Part shown: piece by piece, positions 32,937 through 41,075 of the stretch
Position numbering within the stretch: position 1 is the stretch's first letter
Layout: every line of letters begins with the position of its first letter
DNA from: Acidobacteriaceae bacterium
GTDB lineage: Bacteria > Acidobacteriota > Terriglobia > Bryobacterales > Bryobacteraceae
Direction: 5' to 3'
DNA length: 59,957 bases
NCBI GenBank assembly: GCA_019243205.1
Contig: JAFAUR010000176.1
Coordinates: 1-59,957, forward strand
The notes under the pieces: generated by a model
What the model was told of the DNA's origin: nothing
The model's input: the letters and a program-made list of their open reading frames with translations, nothing else
The model's database searches: none
Made by a program: the position numbers and the translations under genes

Positions 32937-33779
32937 TCATAACGTTGTTACTTCCGCTACGCGGCCCTGCCGGCCGCCCCTTTCATGCGCACCAGCTTTG
33001 CCCACCGCTACGATGAAAATCGTGGATGCGGTGAGTCCGTCGAGCGCAAGAAAATCGTCTATTGCCGGGTCAAAGTATTCACCGGTGTTCACGCAGGACA
33101 ATCGAAGAGACCCTGCAATCAGGTTCAGATTGCGGACGACTGCGCCGGCTTCCTGATGTACAAACCGATAACCGCGATCTCTATATCGCAAAACAGAACG
33201 CTCCGGCACAGCTGAGATCAAAACGATCAAGGCGGCCGAGAGCGCGACACGCCCATCTATCAATGCGGCGGCGATCTTCTGCGATTGATCACCGGAACGC
33301 AACAGTCGCAGTGAATTGCCGGGTGGGTAATAGTGATAAAGACCACGTTCGAGGCCCGCGATGCTCGCGTTGTGAACAAAAAGTTCGAGTGGATAAGATG
33401 AATTTTCAGAATGAACAGCCCGGCGCTGGCGCGCGCTGTCCGGATCCGGACGCCGTTCCATAATGCCGTAGCTGTAGTGCAACAGCGCCGCCGCCGCGTC
33501 TAGCGGGACTGTGATCGGTTCCAGTTCGGTAACCACCGCGTTACGCGCGAGCGCTTCCTGTAAAGGCTCCGATCCCAGGGCCGCAGGGTTCGGCAGTTTG
33601 ATCTCCGGGTAGCTCTCGAATCTCAGCGATTCCAGTATCTGCTTCTGATAGAAAGCCGTCACTTCTGCAGGCAGGATGCCGTCGTTCGAAAACAATTTTG
33701 AATTCTCATGGAAAAGCTCCCACGGCGAGTCATGCTCGGGTAACGGCGTCGTCAGGAGCTCCCAAGTTGTCGAAATCAC
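32937..33779 (-). CDS. SagB/McbC-type dehydrogenase paralogue (set 2, B2), divergent
   Basis: WELFHENSK signature and DRGYRFVHQEAG are present. However, B2 has LRY where B1 has FKY, and HSENSSYP where B1 has PSGGALYP. Its GTG start overlaps the D2 stop (GTGA). Confidence 0.85.
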   Translation of the reverse strand: MISTTWELLTTPLPEHDSPWELFHENSKLFSNDGILPAEVTAFYQKQILESLRFESYPEIKLPNPAALGSEPLQEALARNAVVTELEPITVPLDAAAALLHYSYGIMERRPDPDSARQRRAVHSENSSYPLELFVHNASIAGLERGLYHYYPPGNSLRLLRSGDQSQKIAAALIDGRVALSAALIVLISAVPERSVLRYRDRGYRFVHQEAGAVVRNLNLIAGSLRLSCVNTGEYFDPAIDDFLALDGLTASTIFIVAVGKAGAHERGGRQGRVAEVTTL

Positions 33780-35101
33780 GACATCACTCCTTTTCGTGGG
33801 AAAGGATGGGGCAACGGATTATCTCCGGTCTCTGGCCTAATGCCGCCGAGGCTCAGCCCTTGCGGAACTTCCCACAACCGGCACCCTCCTAAAGCGCGTG
33901 AACGGTAGCCGAAGAACAGTGGATGCAGACCCGGAATGATGGCACGGATAACTGTCAGCTCGAGGTCTGCGACGTCTGATGTCGTCAGGTTTGCAAGTAC
34001 TGTGTAATAACCAGCCGCCTCGATATTGTTGAGAAGCTTTTGAAGATCGCGACCCGGATATCCGGTAGATAAATCCTCTAACTGGTCGAATTCGATTCGT
34101 TCGCGCGACGAGAATACAAAATCGGCTTGTGCGGAGTTCCGCGGATCGGACCAGAACCGCAAATGCTCACTCTGATCACGAACGCTTTGCGGATCTCGAT
34201 ATCCACAATCCTGCGCTCTCAACAGCTGGCAATACTGATGAACGTGAGCAAGCATTTCGAGGCTTTTACGGACTCCATTTTCCGGAGTCAAACTGGTTCC
34301 GGCTGCAAAGGTCCGGGCTGGCGCTCCCGGGCGAGAATCTGACAGCACTGCAAGAATGCTGGGTATTCCGAGGTCGAACTCAACCTTGAAGAGCGTGACC
34401 GAAGCACCAGTACTTTCAAATCGCGTCACAAGCTCATAATTGGCGTCGCTCAAGGTCTCCACTCGGATTTGTGGCATGCTCAGCCTCGCCTGCCAAAGCA
34501 GCGCAAGAGCATCACATTCGATCACATCGCAAATTGCCTCTGTCGCTGCGCAAGCGGCAATCCAGTGGCAGGCAAGACCGGTTGAAGTGGGCGGCATAAT
34601 CGGCGCCTCGTCAAACCCGAGGACGGCGGGAGCGGTCAGGAATCGCATCGCGGAAGGAATAAAAACAGATGCCTCTGTTACCGGGTTTACGGCTTCGCTC
34701 CACTGAACCGGTGTGTGTCGACTAAAAGCGACCCAGGGGAAATCGGGCTGCGTATACTGTTCCTCGCTAAACAAGGCGAAATCTTCGGGAACAACACAAG
34801 GAAAAGGCGCGCCGTGGGCTGGGCCAATCGGATGCTTGCCATCTTCCTCCGAGATCAGCGCCGCGCAATACGAGGCGATGCCGTCGAGAACCACGCGTGT
34901 CACAGCACTCTTCCGATCTGCCCCGGCTGCCCCGCCCGGTCCCGGAATCGCGTACTCGCTAAATGCGCGCGTGCTGCACGGGTGAACCACGTAGTGGAAA
35001 AATGATGGAGCGCCTGGCGCAAGACGCATCTCCGCTACTGAGCTGAGCACGCCCACCTCATTATCGACTAACTTGTCGATCAGCTGCGTGATTCCGTTCA
35101 T
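33776..35101 (-). CDS. YcaO-domain protein paralogue (set 2, D2), with substituted acidic motifs
   Basis: It aligns by eye with D1 along its length and has the Pro-rich C-terminus NPLPHPFP. The motifs read VLDGIASYCAA and CDVIECDAL. The start is taken at MNGITQ, which forms an ATGA overlap with the C2 stop. Confidence 0.85.
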   Translation of the reverse strand: MNGITQLIDKLVDNEVGVLSSVAEMRLAPGAPSFFHYVVHPCSTRAFSEYAIPGPGGAAGADRKSAVTRVVLDGIASYCAALISEEDGKHPIGPAHGAPFPCVVPEDFALFSEEQYTQPDFPWVAFSRHTPVQWSEAVNPVTEASVFIPSAMRFLTAPAVLGFDEAPIMPPTSTGLACHWIAACAATEAICDVIECDALALLWQARLSMPQIRVETLSDANYELVTRFESTGASVTLFKVEFDLGIPSILAVLSDSRPGAPARTFAAGTSLTPENGVRKSLEMLAHVHQYCQLLRAQDCGYRDPQSVRDQSEHLRFWSDPRNSAQADFVFSSRERIEFDQLEDLSTGYPGRDLQKLLNNIEAAGYYTVLANLTTSDVADLELTVIRAIIPGLHPLFFGYRSRALGGCRLWEVPQGLSLGGIRPETGDNPLPHPFPRKGVMS

Positions 35102-36171
35102 TGGCCCTCTTCTGTTCTTGGCATCGATAAAGATGCGCGCGTCAAAGCTGTAGAGGGAGTCCGGTTGAGGCGGGAACAAACGGGACAACGCGGGACCTTT
35201 AGGACCTGCAGCGGTTTCATCTCGCTGCCAAGCAAGTTGACTTTGATCAGAGTCCCCGGCCTCGCGATGCTGCCGCCAATGCCAAAGTATTTCGTAATCT
35301 CGAGGGCAGCAATGTCACCGAGAATGGTTGCCATGGAAGGATGAAATCCGCCGATAGCCTGCTTATGAATGAAGGCGGCTTCCACTGCTCGTCGGCTTTG
35401 AAAGTCGAGCAAATGCGCATTCTGCCGGAGCCGGACGCATTCGAAACAGGGGGTTTGACCGGGCACAACAATCGGACCGACATACCCGACGAGGTCCTGA
35501 AGCATCACGGGTACGAACTGCAGGTTGTGGAGCACGCAAAATTCATTCCATAACCGCATTTGTTCGACGCCGCCGCTGTCGGAAGTGGCGATAACACAGT
35601 CGAGAGTATCCGGATCAAGATCTTCAGCGTATTCACTTACAGGGGCAGACCATTCCCGCATCCGAAGAGCACCGCCGTCATCAAACAGAGCTTCATTACG
35701 AAGCAATGGTTGGTCGATGACCTCAAGCTCTTCAGCGCCCGATGCTCGCAGACCGGCTATGAGCTGACGCGAAATATAGTTTACGCCTGTTATCTTGATG
35801 CGCTTCGCATTTAATCTCTCGCGGACCTGCGCAGTTTGTGTACCGAAGTGCCAATAGAAAACCTCGAGCTGCGATTCAGAGGTGCGCCCATCGGCCGCCG
35901 GTGTCTCCTCGCTCACGAGGATCGACCGGCTCAGCAGATGATCAATCAAGGCTTCAGCACCCGCGACTTCGCCCGCTGGGAAGAGCGCGACGAGTTCGTC
36001 ACGGGTTGCGCCATTGCGGGCGCAATCGAGCAGGCGGCCTACCGCGTCTGCGGCTCCGGTTCCGGCGATCCTCAGTTCGACTCGTCCGCGCTTGAGTACG
36101 AGAGCGTCCCCTGTGTCGATCAGGTTTACCGGGAGGACCCGAAGCTTTTCGGATTGGAGTTCCAGTTTCAT
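35098..36171 (-). CDS. TOMM cyclodehydratase C protein / E1-like partner (set 2, C2)
   Basis: RRE-like LVLKRGRVELRIAGTGAADAVGRLLDCARNGATRDELV. Cys pairs CFEC ... CPVC. ATGA overlap with the upstream radical SAM stop. Confidence 0.85.
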   Translation of the reverse strand: MKLELQSEKLRVLPVNLIDTGDALVLKRGRVELRIAGTGAADAVGRLLDCARNGATRDELVALFPAGEVAGAEALIDHLLSRSILVSEETPAADGRTSESQLEVFYWHFGTQTAQVRERLNAKRIKITGVNYISRQLIAGLRASGAEELEVIDQPLLRNEALFDDGGALRMREWSAPVSEYAEDLDPDTLDCVIATSDSGGVEQMRLWNEFCVLHNLQFVPVMLQDLVGYVGPIVVPGQTPCFECVRLRQNAHLLDFQSRRAVEAAFIHKQAIGGFHPSMATILGDIAALEITKYFGIGGSIARPGTLIKVNLLGSEMKPLQVLKVPRCPVCSRLNRTPSTALTRASLSMPRTEEGQ

Positions 36172-37547
36172 GCGTTCAGGATCGGGAACTCACAACTGGG
36201 CTGCGGGGGAGCAGGTTGAAATGTGCGCTCGGCTTCTACCATCGTCAACGCGCTTGGGCGATGCGGCGCATACACGCCTCCAAAAACCCGATACAGGTCT
36301 TGATACTCGTGTTCAAAGACACTCTTCGGCAAGGCGGTTTGTGTGACTGGGTGCTGCAGATCAAATAATTCCCAGTTAGGCCTCCCGTTGGGCTGGCGCT
36401 CCGTTATGGCATCGAACGTATCGAGCGCTTCGGTTCCCGGCAGCGGCGTCAAAACCGTGAACGATGGATAATCGACCCGGTTGTGCTCAATAAAGCGGAT
36501 TAACTGCTTGAAGCAGCGCTTGGTGTAATTGGTGTTCACTATGAACCCGCCAAACACATGTATGCCCAATTGTTTCGCTGCCCGAAGGCCGTTCTCTATC
36601 TGCGCTACGTCGAGCCGTTTGTTGTACTCCTTCAGTTCGTTCGCGGTTACCGCTTCAATGCCAATGAATAGCCGTTCCAGGCCGATTTCAGCCCACATGG
36701 CCATCAACTGTGGTTGGCGCAGAAGTGTATCGATGCGGCAGTACGTGAAGTAGCGTTTGCGGATTCCCGCAGCCCTGATAGCCTGGGCAAGCAGCGTCAT
36801 CCGCTTGCCATTTATAAAAGCCTCGTCATCTACCAGGAAAATCGATTGTTCTTGAACAGAGGCGATCTCCGCAACTACACGGTCGACATCACGCATGTGA
36901 TAACGGCCATCTTGGATCTTCCAAAGCGAGCAGAAGGAGCAGCGATACGGGCATCCAACCGTTGTGCGCAGTAGTGCGATTGGTTTCATCCAATCGATGA
37001 AATAACTTTGGCGGTCCGGACCGGCAATGAAACGATTTGGCGAGGGAAGTTGATCGATGTTGTACGAGAGAGGGTTACCGCCGTCGACGAACTCGTCGCC
37101 TGTGCGCGCCCAGACACCGGGGATGGTCTCCGGAATACCGCGTTCCAAGCCACGCAGGATCGCGCGAAACGGATGAACTCCTTCCCCTCGGACAACAAAA
37201 TCGAACTGAGGCAGGAAGAAATCCTCCGGAAGCAGCGTGGCGTGATGCCCGCCAACGACTACCCGGCATGCCGGCAAGAGCCCCTTGATTCGCTTTGCGA
37301 TCGCGATGTTACGCAGGACGTGCATGCTGTACCCGGTGAGAGCTGCAACATCGGGCCGATATTGGGTCAAGGTGGAGTCGAGATCATTCGGGTGCAGCCG
37401 TAAATCGAGAAGCCGGACATCATGGCCATCGAGTTCCGCGCCCGCTGCCAAATATTCCAGAGCAAGCGGTTCAGCTACGGCGCCCAGATCTCCGTACCCA
37501 ATGATCTCCTTGCGCAGACTGGGATACAAAAGAAGAACTCTCAACAC
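36168..37547 (-). CDS. B12-binding-domain radical SAM enzyme (class B, putative methyltransferase) #2
   Basis: N-terminal B12-binding-like VLLLYPS..LEYLAAGAELDGHDVRLLDL. Radical SAM cluster motif GCPYRCSFCSLW. The start is taken at the GTG at 37547, overlapping the methyltransferase stop; the ORF extends to 37637. Confidence 0.85.
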   Translation of the reverse strand: MLRVLLLYPSLRKEIIGYGDLGAVAEPLALEYLAAGAELDGHDVRLLDLRLHPNDLDSTLTQYRPDVAALTGYSMHVLRNIAIAKRIKGLLPACRVVVGGHHATLLPEDFFLPQFDFVVRGEGVHPFRAILRGLERGIPETIPGVWARTGDEFVDGGNPLSYNIDQLPSPNRFIAGPDRQSYFIDWMKPIALLRTTVGCPYRCSFCSLWKIQDGRYHMRDVDRVVAEIASVQEQSIFLVDDEAFINGKRMTLLAQAIRAAGIRKRYFTYCRIDTLLRQPQLMAMWAEIGLERLFIGIEAVTANELKEYNKRLDVAQIENGLRAAKQLGIHVFGGFIVNTNYTKRCFKQLIRFIEHNRVDYPSFTVLTPLPGTEALDTFDAITERQPNGRPNWELFDLQHPVTQTALPKSVFEHEYQDLYRVFGGVYAPHRPSALTMVEAERTFQPAPPQPSCEFPILNA

Positions 37548-38377
37548 GCCCCCTGCCTCTGTTCCTCTCTGTGCGCAGTGACCATGAAGCTGTGCGGCAC
37601 GTCCTTGAGCGTTCGCGGCAAAACCGGATAGGGCCAACGTCCTTGGCCTGCTCCAGGTTCTCCGGGAGACGTTACATGAGCTGACCAGCCGAGCAAACGA
37701 AGCAGTCCCTCGGGGTCATCAGTAGCCGAAAGCCAAGGTGTCCCGTTCTTAGCGAGGGAGTCCAGCGCTGTTCTCATCCAGGGACTTGTCAGGAAAGAAC
37801 GGCTAATGAAATCCGCCGCGAGAGCGCTGCCAGGCGCGCTGTCTTCCGATAAACGAGCGAGTATCTCCGCTACAGCGTTCTCTTGTAAGTAATAGAACAG
37901 ACCCTCAGCAATCCAGAGAGAGGGCGCGTTAGCTCGAAATCCAGCAGCCCGAAGCGCGCTGGTCCACGAGCCTTCCAGATCCGTGCCTACCGCGACTCTG
38001 CGACACAGGGCTGGAGAATCCCTGCCCAGGATTCTGTTCTTAACCTTGAGCAACTCGGGATCATCGAGTTCAAAGACAGTTGTACTCGCCGGCCACTCCA
38101 GCCGGAGTGCGCGAGTGTCCATTCCTGCTGCCACGAGTACCACCTGTCGAATGCCGTCGTTCGCTACGGAGACAGCGAATTCATCGAAGAAGCGCGTGCG
38201 GATCGCTATATAGGGGCCCACATCCGGCATGCCACGCTCGGGCGAGCGAAGCATTTTGAACCCTTCCTCTCCCGCCAGGGATCGCGCGAAGGGATCTGTG
38301 AAAAGACGATCGGGACGTTCCGATTCCAGAGCCCGAATCGCAGCTGTCATCAGAGCGGTATGTGCGACCTTTCTCAA
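37541..38377 (-). CDS. class I SAM-dependent methyltransferase, leucine carboxyl methyltransferase (LCMT / TIGR00027-like) family
   Basis: TALMTAAIRALES..LFTDPFA, VLVAAGMDTRALRL and VFELDDPELLKVK are typical of this O-methyltransferase family. Confidence 0.85.
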   Translation of the reverse strand: MRKVAHTALMTAAIRALESERPDRLFTDPFARSLAGEEGFKMLRSPERGMPDVGPYIAIRTRFFDEFAVSVANDGIRQVVLVAAGMDTRALRLEWPASTTVFELDDPELLKVKNRILGRDSPALCRRVAVGTDLEGSWTSALRAAGFRANAPSLWIAEGLFYYLQENAVAEILARLSEDSAPGSALAADFISRSFLTSPWMRTALDSLAKNGTPWLSATDDPEGLLRLLGWSAHVTSPGEPGAGQGRWPYPVLPRTLKDVPHSFMVTAHREEQRQGAC

Positions 38378-38587
38378 GACGTCGATTCGCCCTGATAAAA
38401 CTTCCCAATAGACAACGGGAGTGTTGAGGTTGAACCTGCGTCGAACTGTCCCGCAGACATACTTTTCCGCAAACCTTCGAGAGGGGATCAGTATGACATA
38501 GCGGAAGCGTTTCGAAAAGCTATTTTTTTATTTTTATGAATATGAACTCATTGTGAGTTTCTTCGCTGAGCTTTCTAATACTTCCGG
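38378..38587 (-). promoter_or_regulatory. AT-rich 210-bp intergenic gap inside the cluster (candidate internal promoter)
   Basis: This is the only sizeable non-coding gap between 32.5 and 42.0 kb. It contains the A/T tract CTATTTTTTTATTTTTATGAATATGAA. I could not identify a convincing -35/-10 pair. Confidence 0.25.
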
Positions 38588-40252
38588 TTATGCACGCGGC
38601 AGCGGTGGCGATTTACGGCTCAAAATTTCGTGTAACGCAGCGAACTCGGGTGCCGCGCGAATAGCGCTCGCGGATACATCCTTACCCAAAAAGCGATTGA
38701 AAGCGCTTACGCCGAGGCGCACATCGTCAACAGAGAAACCATTTGCGTACAACAAAAACTCCGTCCAAGCCTCGCCGCGCACAGCATTATGAACGGCGTA
38801 CCTCTGCTCTTCCGCCACTTTTCTGGCAAGTACTTGCGCGGTTCGCGAATCCATGGTGTTGTGTTTCCAGTCCATACCCATACCCTCGATACCGAATTCC
38901 ACCGCACGGGCTCCCACCGGTGTGGATGGAATGTAGACCCACGTGCAGACCGTGCAGAACGGAAGCTGCATCTCGTCCAGGAAACTTACAATCTTCCAGG
39001 CCGAATCTTCCGTCTCTCCCGGATAACCCACGATGAAGTTCGCATGAACCTCAATGCCGTATTTGCGTAGGTGGTCAATACCGCGCTTGTACTGCTGTAC
39101 CTGGGCGACCTTGTTCATGTTTTTCAGAATCCGATTGTCAGCGGATTCCAACCCGGCAAAAACCGCCCGGCAGTGCGATTCCTTCATCAGCCGGGCTGTC
39201 TCTTCGTCCGCATATTGCGGACGAAAAAAGGAATACCATTCGAAATCGAACTTGGCCAATACTTTGAGTAACTGTTTGAAACGGCCAAGCGGCACGTTGA
39301 AGGTATCGTCCGTAAAAATCAGGGAGCGCACCGAGCCCAGCTTGCGCAGTTCCTGCAGCTCCCGATCTACAACCTCCACCGGTGTCAACGTGAGCGGTCC
39401 CTGATTAACCGGGTATTCACAAAAGGCGCACTTGAACGCACAGCTTCGCGCGGTGCGTATGTGAACGGTGTGATACAGGTGATCCGTTTGCGGTAATCGG
39501 CTCCAGTGAATGAATGGTTCGTCCGTCTGGAAGGGCGGCTCCGGCGCGTCCGGGGGTGGGATGACGCTGCGGCCACAACGTATGTAGGTACGGGGAATGC
39601 TCGGGTCCGTGATGAGCGCCTGGAGCGAGGACCGTCGAAGTATCTCAAGTAAGGGCACTTCGCCGCGCGGGCTCACAACGTACAGATCCGCGCCATAGGA
39701 TTGCAATTGTGAAAGAAAAATTGGGCGAGGAAGATTTTTCTCGTAACTTACAAGCATTAAGCCCCCGAGAACGATCAGCGCATCTGGCCACTCTTTGCGG
39801 ATTTGGGCGATCGCAAGGGGAATGGTTTCTCTCTCGGCGGCGTCGAAGAGAAGCGTAGTGGAAAGCAGAATGAATCGGGGCTTGTATTCGCACCCGAGGG
39901 CGCTCAAGCGCTCGCGGTTAACCGAGTTAGCGACGCGCACCTTGAACCCGTGGCGCGAAAGCACGTCAAGGTAGTAACTGCCCGCAAGCAGGGTTAGGTT
40001 GAACGGATCATAGCGTTCATGCTCCCGGGTCGAGCCCGTTTTGACCCAGCTTAGGAATCGGCTAAAGTCATACAGCTTTCCGTCGATGACAAGGTCCACC
40101 TCATCCTTCATGAACAATTCATCGGATAATGCGGCGTGAATCCCGCGCGTTCGCGCCATGGACGGCCGCTCGTAGTCGAGATCTGTATCGTTGTGCCACC
40201 GATCCTCGTTGGCATAGAAAGGAATGAACAGCGCGTCCAGAGTCTCAGGCAT
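38588..40252 (-). CDS. B12-binding-domain radical SAM enzyme (class B) #1
   Basis: 554 aa. Radical SAM motif ARSCAFKCAFCEYP preceded by a Rossmann-like B12-binding-type region (RFILLSTTLLFD..LIVLGG). The start overlaps the hydrolase stop by 8 nt (ATGCCTGA). Confidence 0.85.
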   Translation of the reverse strand: MPETLDALFIPFYANEDRWHNDTDLDYERPSMARTRGIHAALSDELFMKDEVDLVIDGKLYDFSRFLSWVKTGSTREHERYDPFNLTLLAGSYYLDVLSRHGFKVRVANSVNRERLSALGCEYKPRFILLSTTLLFDAAERETIPLAIAQIRKEWPDALIVLGGLMLVSYEKNLPRPIFLSQLQSYGADLYVVSPRGEVPLLEILRRSSLQALITDPSIPRTYIRCGRSVIPPPDAPEPPFQTDEPFIHWSRLPQTDHLYHTVHIRTARSCAFKCAFCEYPVNQGPLTLTPVEVVDRELQELRKLGSVRSLIFTDDTFNVPLGRFKQLLKVLAKFDFEWYSFFRPQYADEETARLMKESHCRAVFAGLESADNRILKNMNKVAQVQQYKRGIDHLRKYGIEVHANFIVGYPGETEDSAWKIVSFLDEMQLPFCTVCTWVYIPSTPVGARAVEFGIEGMGMDWKHNTMDSRTAQVLARKVAEEQRYAVHNAVRGEAWTEFLLYANGFSVDDVRLGVSAFNRFLGKDVSASAIRAAPEFAALHEILSRKSPPLPRA

Positions 40253-41075
40253 ATGCTTCGAGTTTTCGGCTGTGCGCCGTCCAGTGTTCCTCGAGGATGT
40301 TATGTACCGCTCGGGGGTCCTCCAGCAGACAGAGGTGTCCCAAAGACGGAAGGTAACGGCGCTCGCAGTTTGGAAGGTATCGCCGAATCAACTCCCCACA
40401 GCGTTTGAAAGCAGGAAGCTCGTTGTCTCCCACTAATACGAGAGTGGGTGTCGGAGAGTTACGCAGCTGCTCAACGCTCTGACGATGATTACTGAGGCGT
40501 CCATAAGATCCATCTTGCAGTTCCCACCAAGGATGCTTTCCAACCAATCCCCACAATCTGTTCCACAATGCCGGATGGGCTTCGGCCCCTTTGAAGATAT
40601 TTGGCGGCGATTGCATCCAGAGCCGTCGAAGTTCAGGCGTAAAGCCTTCGCGACGGTAGATGGCGGCTAGCTCCTCATAACGCGCGCCCACGTCACTATC
40701 CTGCGGACCGCCCCCGAGTGCGGGGGCTCCCAACGTCAAAGACCGAAAGGAATCCGGAAACTCGATAATGATCTGAAGCCCGAGCAGCGTACCGAATGAG
40801 AGTGCCGCGATGTGCTCGATACCTCTCGCCAGTGCCGAACGTGCAACTCGCCGCGCAAGTGAAGGCAGATTCTCAGACGCAGGCAGCGGCAACGAGTAGC
40901 CGTGTCCTGGAAGATCGATGCCCGTGTGATCCCAATCCGGAAGCAGTTCCCAAAGCTCCGACCAAGCGCTCGAATCTATGGTGTAGCCATGCAGCCAAAG
41001 GACCTTGTCCCGCTTGCCCGGCGAGACACGGGCGACAAGATCCCTATCGAACAGAACAAGTGGCGTGTGCTTCAT
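40245..41075 (-). CDS. alpha/beta-fold hydrolase
   Basis: VLWLHGYT..DLPGHGYS oxyanion region, nucleophile elbow AALSFGT, C-terminal LGHLCLLEDP His. The start is taken at MKHTPL; the ORF extends to 41126. It overlaps the Rieske gene 3' end by about 32 nt. Confidence 0.8.
   Translation of the reverse strand: MKHTPLVLFDRDLVARVSPGKRDKVLWLHGYTIDSSAWSELWELLPDWDHTGIDLPGHGYSLPLPASENLPSLARRVARSALARGIEHIAALSFGTLLGLQIIIEFPDSFRSLTLGAPALGGGPQDSDVGARYEELAAIYRREGFTPELRRLWMQSPPNIFKGAEAHPALWNRLWGLVGKHPWWELQDGSYGRLSNHRQSVEQLRNSPTPTLVLVGDNELPAFKRCGELIRRYLPNCERRYLPSLGHLCLLEDPRAVHNILEEHWTAHSRKLEAYA

Noticed and set aside
38553-38792. A 79-aa plus-strand ORF starting in the AT-rich gap, as a possible small gene
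   Set aside because: Most of it is antisense to the well-supported radical SAM gene 38588..40252. It has no RBS or motif. It is an antisense shadow ORF.
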